This document shows positions 24,529 through 32,000 of a stretch of 32,000 bases of DNA, piece by piece. The first letter of the stretch is position 1. The number at the start of each line of letters is the position of its first letter. The notes under the pieces are model-generated. The model saw nothing but the letters and a program-made list of their open reading frames with translations, did no database searches and was not told the origin of the DNA. The stretch spans positions 3,176,497 to 3,208,496 of the forward strand of contig NC_003902.1 in NCBI RefSeq assembly GCF_000007145.1, read 5' to 3'. This stretch comes from Xanthomonas campestris pv. campestris str. ATCC 33913 (lineage in GTDB: Bacteria; Pseudomonadota; Gammaproteobacteria; Xanthomonadales; Xanthomonadaceae). A program made the position numbers and the translations under genes.

Positions 24529-26550
24529 GTGACGCGCATGGACATGAACCAGCTGATGCAGACCTTCCTGGCCGAGAGCCGGGATCTGCTCGAAGACATG
24601 GAACGTCACCTGTTACAGGCCGAGCGTGGCGAGTCCTCGCCGGATGCGGTGAACGCGATCTTCCGTGCGGCGCACACCATCAAGGGCTCCGGCGGTCTGT
24701 TCGATCTGCCGCAGCTGGTGGGCTTCACCCATTTGGTGGAAAGCGTGCTGGATCTGGTGCGCGAAGAATCGGTGGCGCTGCAGTCGGAACTGATCGCCTT
24801 GCTGCTGGTGTGCTGCGACCACATCCATGCATTGGTGGAGACCGCCGCCGACCCCAGCCATGCCGATCCCGCTGCATTGGCCGCCGAAGCCGAGCCCCTG
24901 CTGGCGCAATTGCAAACCTACCTGCAAGGCAGCGTTTGCGGCGCAACTGTCAGCGACGCGCAGCGCAGCACGCCGGAAAAACAAAGCGGTTACTGGCGCG
25001 TCAACCTGACCCTGTTTGCCGATGCGCTGCGTTTTGGCAACTCGCCGTTGAAGCTGATCCGCAACCTGCGCGGGCTCGGTTCCGTCGAGTCGATCAGCAC
25101 CGACTACAGCAAATTGCCGGTGTTCGAGGAGCTCGACCCGGAAGCCAACTACCTTGGATTCCAGATCCTGCTGCGCAGCGATGCAGACCGCGCGGCGATT
25201 GAAGACGTGTTCGAATTCGTGCGCGAAGACTGCGACCTGGAGATCGTCGCGGTGCCGGCGCCACTGGACACCACGCTCAGCGCCGCGACCGCCATCGTCA
25301 CTGCGGAACCGGTGCACGCACCGGCACCGGCCATTGCCGCGGTACCGCCACCGCGCGCCGCTGCAACGACTGCCGAGACTGCGCCGCGTTCCAATGAAGC
25401 GCGCTCCATCCGCGTGGACGCCGACAAGCTCGATCGCATGATCGACCTGGTGGGCGAGTTGATCATCGCGGTGGCCAGCACCGGCACCAATGCACAGCGC
25501 ACCGGTGATGCGCAGCTGCTCGAATCCACCTCGATCCTGGCGGGCCTGGTTGAAGAGGTACGCGAAAGTGCACTGCAACTGCGCATGGTCAAGATCGGCG
25601 GCACTTTCAGCCGCTTCCAGCGCGTGGTGCACGATGTGGCGCGCGAGCTGGGCAAGGACATCGCGCTGGTCGTCGCCGGCGAAGACACTGAACTGGACAA
25701 GTCGGTGGTGGAAAAGATCGGCGACCCGCTCACCCACCTGGTACGCAATGCGATGGACCACGGCATCGAGCCGGCAGACGTGCGCGTGGCCAACGGCAAG
25801 CCGGCGCGTGGCACCGTCGGCCTGAATGCCTTCCACGACTCCGGCAGCATCGTCATCCAGATCACCGATGACGGTGGCGGCCTGAATCGCGACAAGATCC
25901 TGGCCAAGGCGCTGGAGCGCGGCCTGGTCGAACCCGGCCGCCAGCTCAGTGATCGCGAAGTGTTCGCGATGATCTTCGAGCCCGGGTTTTCCACTGCCGA
26001 GAAAGTCACCAACCTGTCCGGCCGCGGTGTGGGCATGGATGTGGTCAAGCGCAACATCACCGCGCTGCGCGGCTGCGTGGACATCGACAGCACCGCCGGC
26101 GTGGGCACCACCATTTCGGTGCGGCTGCCGCTGACGCTGGCGATCATCAACGGCTTCCAGGTGGGCATTGGCAAGTCGGTGTTCGTGGTGCCGCTGGATG
26201 TGGTGGAAGAGTGCGTGGAATTCACGCCCGACTACACCAGCGACTACATCGACCTGCGCGGCAGCGTGCTGCCGTACGTACGCCTGCGCGAATTGTTCGC
26301 GCTGGGCGGCAAGCGGCCGGCCCGCGAAAGCATCGTGGTCATTCGCCAGGGCGCGCAGCGGTTCGGGTTGGTCGTGGACACCTTGTTGGGCGAATGGCAG
26401 ACCGTGATCAAGCCATTGTCCAAGGTGTTTGCGCAGGTCAAGGGCATCAGTGGTTCGAGCATTCTCGGCAGCGGCGAGGTCGCGCTGATTCTCGATGTGC
26501 CCAGTCTGATCCAGCAATTGCATCCGGGCCAGGACGCGCTGGCCGCCTGA
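24529..26550 (+). CDS. cheA: Chemotaxis histidine kinase CheA (no fused receiver domain)
   Basis: Hpt site FRAAHTIKGSGG. Kinase boxes HLVRNAMDHGIE (N), DDGGGL (G1), IFEPGFST (F) and GRGVGMDVV (G2). CheW-like C-terminus. GTG 24529 is the ORF-track start; ATG 24538 (MDMNQLMQTF) is equally plausible. Confidence 0.93.
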   Translation: MTRMDMNQLMQTFLAESRDLLEDMERHLLQAERGESSPDAVNAIFRAAHTIKGSGGLFDLPQLVGFTHLVESVLDLVREESVALQSELIALLLVCCDHIHALVETAADPSHADPAALAAEAEPLLAQLQTYLQGSVCGATVSDAQRSTPEKQSGYWRVNLTLFADALRFGNSPLKLIRNLRGLGSVESISTDYSKLPVFEELDPEANYLGFQILLRSDADRAAIEDVFEFVREDCDLEIVAVPAPLDTTLSAATAIVTAEPVHAPAPAIAAVPPPRAAATTAETAPRSNEARSIRVDADKLDRMIDLVGELIIAVASTGTNAQRTGDAQLLESTSILAGLVEEVRESALQLRMVKIGGTFSRFQRVVHDVARELGKDIALVVAGEDTELDKSVVEKIGDPLTHLVRNAMDHGIEPADVRVANGKPARGTVGLNAFHDSGSIVIQITDDGGGLNRDKILAKALERGLVEPGRQLSDREVFAMIFEPGFSTAEKVTNLSGRGVGMDVVKRNITALRGCVDIDSTAGVGTTISVRLPLTLAIINGFQVGIGKSVFVVPLDVVEECVEFTPDYTSDYIDLRGSVLPYVRLRELFALGGKRPARESIVVIRQGAQRFGLVVDTLLGEWQTVIKPLSKVFAQVKGISGSSILGSGEVALILDVPSLIQQLHPGQDALAA

Positions 26551-26621
26551 CCGTTCAAACCGTCGCTCGTCTTCCCACGCCGCCGTTCTACGTCGTTCCC
26601 TGACTCCAGGAAGCTGCCACC

Positions 26622-28757
26622 ATGTCGCACCGTCTCCCGATCGCCACCCAACTGTGGTTCACCGCCGCTTTCGCCATTGCCCTGCCGGTTGTGGTGGTGG
26701 TTGCCGGCTTCGCACTCACGCTGTCGCATGCTGCACTGCTGGCGGCGAGCGTGCTGGCCGCACTCGCCAGCGGTGTGCTGCTGGCCTGGTCGATCCGCAC
26801 CGCTACCGGCTCGCTGGAGATCGCCACCACCACGCTGGACGCCTTCGCCCGCGGCAACTTCGATGTCGCCCTGCCGCAGGTGCGCGACGAGCAGGCCTGT
26901 GAAGTGCTGCGCGGCCTGCGCAAGGTGCAGAGCGGCATCCGCCACGTCAACGACGAAATCAACCGTGTCTCGCACGAACACGACGCCGGCGAGATCGATG
27001 CGCGCATCGATGTGGCACGGTTTGATGGTGACTTCCGCGCCATGGGCGACGGCATCAACCGCATGGTCGCCAGCCATATCGCGGTAAAGAAGCAGGCCAT
27101 GGCCTGCGTGGCCGAATTCGCCCGCGGCAATTTTTCCGCCGAGCTGGAACGCCTGCCCGGCAAGAAGGCCTTCATCAACGAGGTCGTGGACCAGATCCGC
27201 GGCAACCTCACCGGCCTGGTCGCCGAAGTCAACCGCATGGCAGTCGAACACGATGCCGGCGATATCGACGTCGTGATCGACACGCAGCGCTTCACCGGCG
27301 ATTTCCGTCGCATGGCCGAAGGCATCAATGCGATGGTGGCAGGACATATCGCGGTCAAGAAGCAGGCCATCGCCTGCGTGGCCGAGTTCGGCCGCGGCAA
27401 CTTCACCGCACAACTGCCGCAGCTGCCGGGCAAGAAGCGCTTCATCAACGAGACCATCGATCAGGTGCGCGGCAACCTCACCGGCTTGATCCGCGAGATC
27501 AACCACATGTCGGCCGAACACGAAGCCGGCGACATCGATGTGGTGATCGATACCGCGCGCTTCGACGGTGACTTCCGCAGCATGGCCACCGGCATCAACG
27601 AAATGGTGGGTGCGCATATCGCGGTCAAGAAGCTGGCAATGGGCGTGGTGGCAGAGTTCGGCCGCGGCAACTTCGACGCGCCGCTGGCGCAGCTGCCCGG
27701 CAAGAAGGCCTTCATCAACGACACCGTAGAGCGTGCACGCGGCAACCTGCGCAGCATCTCCGAGGTGATCCAGGTAATGGGCGCGATGGCCGAGGGCGAC
27801 CTCACGCACACCGTGGAAGGCCGCTATGAAGGCGCGTTTGCCGACATGCAGCGCTACGTCAACACCACCATGAGCCGCCTCACCGAGATCGTCGATGAGG
27901 TCAACCGCAACGCCGAGAACCTAGCCAGCGCATCGGAACAAGTCAGTGCCACCGCGCAGGCACTGGCCCAGGCCGCCAGCGAACAGGCGGCCGGCGTGGA
28001 AGAAACCAGCGCCTCGCTTGAGCAGATGACTGCTTCCATTGCACAGAACACCGAAAACGCCCGCGTCACCGACAGCATGGCCGCCAAGGCTGCCAGCGAG
28101 GCGGCCGACGGTGGCGACACCGTGCGCGCCACGGTGGTGGCGATGAAGGACATCGCCAAGAAGATCGGCATCATCGACGACATCGCCTACCAGACCAATC
28201 TGCTGGCGCTCAATGCCGCGATCGAAGCCGCACGCGCCGGCGAACACGGCAAGGGCTTTGCGGTGGTGGCCGCAGAGGTACGCAAGCTGGCCGAGCGCAG
28301 CCAGATCGCCGCGCAGGAAATCGGCGAAGTGGCTGGGTCCAGCGTGGAACTGGCCGAAAGCGCCGGCCGCGTGCTGGGCGAGATGGTGCCTTCGATCCGC
28401 CGCACCTCCGATCTGGTGCAGGAGATTGCCGCAGCGTCCGAAGAACAGACCGCCGGCGTCAGCCAGATCAACACCGCGGTGGGCCAGTTGAACCAGACCA
28501 CCCAATCCGCCGCGGCCAATGCCGAAGAACTGGCCGCCACCTCGGAAGAGATGAGCGCGCAGGCCGAGCAGTTGCAGCAGTTGATGGGCTTCTTCCGGCT
28601 GGGCAACGGTGGGCGTGGCAATGTGCCGGCGGCCAAGCCGGTGCAACGTCGGGTTGCGCCTGCCGCCAGCCTGCCGCTGCGCCGTGCCAACGTGCGTCCG
28701 ATCAGCGCGGCGGTCGCCGCCGATGTGATCGACGAATCCCAGTTCGCCAGCTTCTGA
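26622..28757 (+). CDS. Methyl-accepting chemotaxis protein: N-terminal transmembrane hairpin, about 8 HAMP-like modules, MCP signalling domain
   Basis: 711 aa. Highly conserved hairpin-tip region [40 protein letters not shown]. Two hydrophobic segments sit at the N-terminus with almost no loop between them. See the repeat feature 26976-27785. Confidence 0.93.
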   Translation: MSHRLPIATQLWFTAAFAIALPVVVVVAGFALTLSHAALLAASVLAALASGVLLAWSIRTATGSLEIATTTLDAFARGNFDVALPQVRDEQACEVLRGLRKVQSGIRHVNDEINRVSHEHDAGEIDARIDVARFDGDFRAMGDGINRMVASHIAVKKQAMACVAEFARGNFSAELERLPGKKAFINEVVDQIRGNLTGLVAEVNRMAVEHDAGDIDVVIDTQRFTGDFRRMAEGINAMVAGHIAVKKQAIACVAEFGRGNFTAQLPQLPGKKRFINETIDQVRGNLTGLIREINHMSAEHEAGDIDVVIDTARFDGDFRSMATGINEMVGAHIAVKKLAMGVVAEFGRGNFDAPLAQLPGKKAFINDTVERARGNLRSISEVIQVMGAMAEGDLTHTVEGRYEGAFADMQRYVNTTMSRLTEIVDEVNRNAENLASASEQVSATAQALAQAASEQAAGVEETSASLEQMTASIAQNTENARVTDSMAAKAASEAADGGDTVRATVVAMKDIAKKIGIIDDIAYQTNLLALNAAIEAARAGEHGKGFAVVAAEVRKLAERSQIAAQEIGEVAGSSVELAESAGRVLGEMVPSIRRTSDLVQEIAAASEEQTAGVSQINTAVGQLNQTTQSAAANAEELAATSEEMSAQAEQLQQLMGFFRLGNGGRGNVPAAKPVQRRVAPAASLPLRRANVRPISAAVAADVIDESQFASF
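26976..27785 (+). repeat. Three tandem 270-bp (90-codon) in-frame repeats inside the MCP gene, each encoding two HAMP-like modules
   Basis: Units start at 26976, 27246 and 27516 (each begins GAACACGA). They encode [180 protein letters not shown] and [90 protein letters not shown]. Confidence 0.9.
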
Positions 28758-28767
28758 GGAATCGACG

Positions 28768-29283
28768 ATGCAACAGCGCAGCGTAGAGACCGGTGGCGCG
28801 CCCGCCATGCCCGCACCCCAGCAATACCTCACCTTCCTGCTGGGCGGTGAGATGTTCGGCCTGGGCATCCTGGGCATCAAGGAAATCATTGAATACCGAA
28901 TTCCAACCGAAGTGCCGATGATGCCGCCGGCGCTGCGTGGAGTGATCAACCTGCGTGGTGCGGTGGTGCCGGTGATGGACGTACAGCTGCGCTTTGGCCG
29001 CAGTGCGAGCGCCATCACCAAACGCAGCTGCATCGTGATCGTGGAGATCGCACGCGCCGGTGAGCAGCAGGTGTTGGGCTTGCTGGTGGACGCGGTCAGC
29101 GAAGTGGTGGAGATCGCGCCCGCCGACATTGCCGATGCGCCCAGCTTCGGCGCCGGCATCCATCGCGATTTCATCCACGGCATGGCCAAGCGCGACGAGC
29201 GCTTCGTGATCCTGCTGGATGCCGACGCCGTGCTGGCCAACGACGCGCCGGCGCAGCTGCCCGACGCCGCGCTGGCGGCCTGA
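28768..29283 (+). CDS. cheW: Chemotaxis coupling protein CheW
   Basis: 171 aa. YLTFLLGGEMFGLGILGIKEIIEY...LRGVINLRGAVVPVMDV is the canonical CheW core. GAGGA lies 7 nt upstream of the ATG. Confidence 0.92.
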   Translation: MQQRSVETGGAPAMPAPQQYLTFLLGGEMFGLGILGIKEIIEYRIPTEVPMMPPALRGVINLRGAVVPVMDVQLRFGRSASAITKRSCIVIVEIARAGEQQVLGLLVDAVSEVVEIAPADIADAPSFGAGIHRDFIHGMAKRDERFVILLDADAVLANDAPAQLPDAALAA

Positions 29284-29291
29284 CTCTTTCC

Positions 29292-30593
29292 GTGCACGCC
29301 AGGACTCTCATGCACTCTCCACTCCTTTCCTGCAACTGCGCACTGGCCGGCCCGGTCCTGGTGGTCGACGACAGCGTGGTCCAGCGCGAACACGCCATGG
29401 CGCTGTGCCGCCAATTGGGCGCCAGCGTGGTGGAAGGTGCCGGCGACGGCCATGCCGCGCTCGACTGGCTGAGCCGCGCCAGCGCACCATCGCTGCTGTT
29501 GATCGACCTGGAAATGCCGGGAATGGACGGCGTGCAGCTGCTCGATGCGCTGGCACGCGGCCAGCACAGCGTGCCGGTGGTGGTGGTCTCGCAGCGCGGC
29601 GGCGCGCTGATCGATGCGGTGATGCAACTCAGCCGCAGCGCCGGTGTGCGCGTGCTCGCCGGCCTGGAAAAACCGCTGCGCCTGCAGGACCTGGCCACCA
29701 CGCTGGACTGCATTCCCGAACCGCTCGCCGAGACCACCACCGCGCTGTCCACGCCGCTCTCGCCGCTGCTCTCCAGTGGCGGCGCGGCGGCCTCGCGGCT
29801 GGATCGCGCCATGCGGCGCGGCGAAATCCGCGTGGCTTATCAGCCCAAGCTGGACCTGCGCGACGGCCGCCTGCGCGGCGTTGAGGCCCTGGCGCGCTGG
29901 CGCCGCCCGCAAGGCGACATGATCGGCCCGGACCGCTTCATTCCCTTGGCCGAGCGCGAAGGTTTGATCCACGCACTCACCCAGCAGGTGATCGACAAGG
30001 CGGTTGCGCAACTGGTCGACTGGCGCGCCGAAGGCCTGCAACTCACGCTGGCCTTGAACCTGTCGCCCAATCTGCTGGGCGAGCAGGATTTTCTCGAACA
30101 CCTGTGCGCCAAGCTGGCCGACAACGGCCTGGCACCGGCCGACCTGGTGCTGGAACTCACCGAAAGCGCCATCGTGGAGCCGGCCAATGCGCTGAGCATG
30201 CTGGCGCGGCTGCGCCTGCATGGGTTCGGCCTGTCCATCGACGATTACGGCACCGGCTTTTCCTCGTTGCAGCGGCTGGCCAGCATCCCGTTTACCGAGC
30301 TCAAACTCGACCGCAGCTTCGTGCATGCCGCGCACCGCAGCCGCAGCCAGCGCACCGTGCTGGAATCCACGCTGGAGCTGGCCCACCGGCTGGAACTCAC
30401 TGCCGTGGCCGAGGGCGTGGAAACCCCGGAGGACTGGCGCCTGCTCCGCGAACTCGGCTGCGACCTGGCCCAGGGCTACCTGATGGCCTCCCCGATGCCG
30501 GGCCCGATGTTGTCGGAGTGGTGGCGCGAACACGCCAGCCGCATCGCCCGTCTCTGCAGCAGCGAGCTTCCCACTGATGCCGACCTTGTCTGA
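29292..30593 (+). CDS. Response regulator with receiver plus EAL domain (predicted c-di-GMP phosphodiesterase)
   Basis: Receiver: VLVVDDS, LLLIDLEMPGMDG (phospho-acceptor Asp), VVVVSQRG, LEKP. EAL domain: YQPK, GVEALARW, LALNLS, LELTES, SIDDYGTGFSS, ELKLDRSF, VAEGVE, AQGY, which are all the usual catalytic and metal-binding positions. GTG 29292 or ATG 29310 is the start. Confidence 0.9.
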   Translation: MHARTLMHSPLLSCNCALAGPVLVVDDSVVQREHAMALCRQLGASVVEGAGDGHAALDWLSRASAPSLLLIDLEMPGMDGVQLLDALARGQHSVPVVVVSQRGGALIDAVMQLSRSAGVRVLAGLEKPLRLQDLATTLDCIPEPLAETTTALSTPLSPLLSSGGAAASRLDRAMRRGEIRVAYQPKLDLRDGRLRGVEALARWRRPQGDMIGPDRFIPLAEREGLIHALTQQVIDKAVAQLVDWRAEGLQLTLALNLSPNLLGEQDFLEHLCAKLADNGLAPADLVLELTESAIVEPANALSMLARLRLHGFGLSIDDYGTGFSSLQRLASIPFTELKLDRSFVHAAHRSRSQRTVLESTLELAHRLELTAVAEGVETPEDWRLLRELGCDLAQGYLMASPMPGPMLSEWWREHASRIARLCSSELPTDADLV

Positions 30594-31404
30594 GCCCATG
30601 AGCACGTCGACCGCGATCACCGAACAGGAATTCGGGCGCTTTCAGCGCTTCATTTTCGAAGCCGCCGGCATCAGCATTTCTTCCGGCAAGAAGGCCATGT
30701 TGTGCGGACGGCTGGGCAAGCGCCTGCGCGAGCATCAGTTCGACAACTACACCCAATACCTGCAATTGCTGGAAAGCCGGCAGGATCGCGACGAGATCCA
30801 GACCGCGATCGACCTGCTGACCACCAACGAAACCTATTTCTTCCGCGAGCCCAAGCACTTCGACCTGCTGCGCCGCCTGGCTGACGACCACCGTGGTGGG
30901 CTGCCGCTGCGCTGCTGGAGCGCGGCCAGTTCCACCGGCGAAGAGGCCTACAGCATGGCGATGGTGCTCGACGACGCGCTGCAAGGCCGTGCGTTCGAGG
31001 TGGTCGGCACCGACATCAGCAGCCGCGTGGTGGCCAAGGCCCGCACCGGCCACTACGCCCTGCAGCGCATCGACGGCATTCCACAGGCGTATCTCAAGCG
31101 CTACTGCCTGCGCGGCCAGGGCGAGTACGCCGGCACCTTGCTGGTGGAGCGCCGCCTGCGTGACCGGGTCAAGTTCGTGCATGCCAATCTCAACGCCGCC
31201 TTGCCGATGCTGGGCAGCTTCGATGTGATCTTCCTGCGCAACGTGATGATTTATTTCAATGGCCAGACCAAGCGCGAAGTGATCCTGCGCGTGCTGGCCA
31301 ACCTCAAACCGGGCGGGCACTTCTGCATCGGCCATTCGGAAAGCCTGAGCGAGCTCGACATCGATCTCATCCAGGTGGCACCGTCGATCTTCCGTAAAGC
31401 CTGA
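30577..31404 (+). CDS. cheR: Chemotaxis protein-glutamate O-methyltransferase CheR
   Basis: 275 aa. [31 protein letters not shown] and [10 protein letters not shown] are CheR SAM-methyltransferase motifs. ATG 30577 overlaps the REC-EAL gene by 17 nt. The alternative ATG 30598 lies 4 nt after its stop. Confidence 0.92.
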
Positions 31405-31418
31405 GCCAGGGATCCACC

Positions 31419-32000
31419 GTGTCCACAGCGTTCAACCGCCCCATCCCGCAGTCCCAGACCATCAAGGCAATGGTGGTCGATGATTCGGCGGTGGTACGCC
31501 AGGTGCTGGTGGGCGTGCTCAACGAAGCGCCCGGCATCGAGGTCATCGCCACCGCCGCCGACCCGTTGCTGGCCATCGAAAAAATGCGCCAGCAGTGGCC
31601 GGACGTGATCGTGCTGGATGTGGAAATGCCGCGCATGGATGGCATCACCTTCCTGCGCAAGATCATGAGCGAGCGCCCCACCCCGGTGGTGATCTGCTCC
31701 ACGCTCACCGAAAAAGGCGCGCGCGTCACCATGGATGCACTGGCCGCCGGCGCAGTGGCCGTGGTCACCAAACCGCGGCTGGGACTCAAGCAGTTCCTCA
31801 CCGACTCGGCCGACGAGCTGGTGGCCACCGTGCGCAGCGCCGCGCGCGCCAACGTCAAACGCCTGGCCGCACGCGTCACTGCCGCGCCGCTGGAGGCCGA
31901 GGTCAAGCACACCGCCGATGTGATCCTGCCTGCGCAAACCGGCCGTGCGTTGGCGCAGACCACCGAGCGGATCGTGGCCATCGGCACCTCCACCGGCGGC
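31419..32000 (+). CDS. cheB: Chemotaxis response regulator protein-glutamate methylesterase CheB, N-terminal part (runs off the window)
   Basis: Not in the ORF track because no stop lies in the window. My translation from GTG 31419 gives [94 protein letters not shown]...[11 protein letters not shown]. That is a receiver domain followed by the start of the methylesterase domain (IGxSTGG). An alternative ATG lies at 31470. Confidence 0.9.

Noticed and set aside
26976-27785. Regularly spaced 270-bp repeats as a possible CRISPR or satellite array
   Set aside because: The repeats are contiguous with no spacers, are in frame within a continuous MCP reading frame, and diverge mostly at synonymous or conservative positions. 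They are therefore coding domain repeats.
24613-30620. Minus-strand ORFs of 636, 521 and 899 aa (24613..26523, 26244..27809, 27921..30620) opposite the chemosensory genes
   Set aside because: They are antisense shadows of cheA, the MCP, cheW and the REC-EAL gene, with H/R/G/A/Q-rich composition. The plus-strand products carry complete, canonical domain motifs.

Overview
GC-rich (about two-thirds G+C by eye) chromosomal segment whose gene content and REP-like repeats (GTAGGAGCGGCC..GGCCGCGAC type) suggest a Xanthomonas/Lysobacteraceae core region. I saw no transposase, integrase, phage gene, tRNA, rRNA or CRISPR array. Layout: (1) 1-5784: minus-strand tripartite RND efflux operon (MFP, RND permease, outer-membrane lipoprotein cut by the window edge) with a divergent TetR repressor. 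(2) 5785-6593: ORF-poor spacer with REP hairpins and a 149-bp-period repeat. (3) 6584-8519: gltX-zur. (4) 8589-11357: a conserved hypothetical, a nitrilase-family hydrolase and a GNAT. (5) 11392-17425: a cre locus, creD plus two small downstream ORFs and creB-[357-bp insert with a coupled ORF]-creC. The two cre parts are split by a convergent secreted papain-like protease gene that carries an in-frame TAG. (6) 17652-23438: rlmJ, a GNAT, a 700-bp hairpin-rich spacer and mfd. (7) 24054-32000: the most interesting part, a chemosensory operon STAS - CheA - membrane-anchored poly-HAMP MCP - CheW - REC-EAL - CheR - CheB (cut by the window edge). It has no stand-alone CheY in view and is preceded by a sigma28-like promoter. 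I read it as a chemosensory pathway wired to c-di-GMP hydrolysis. Many long ORFs in the supplied track are antisense shadows typical of high-GC DNA and were rejected.
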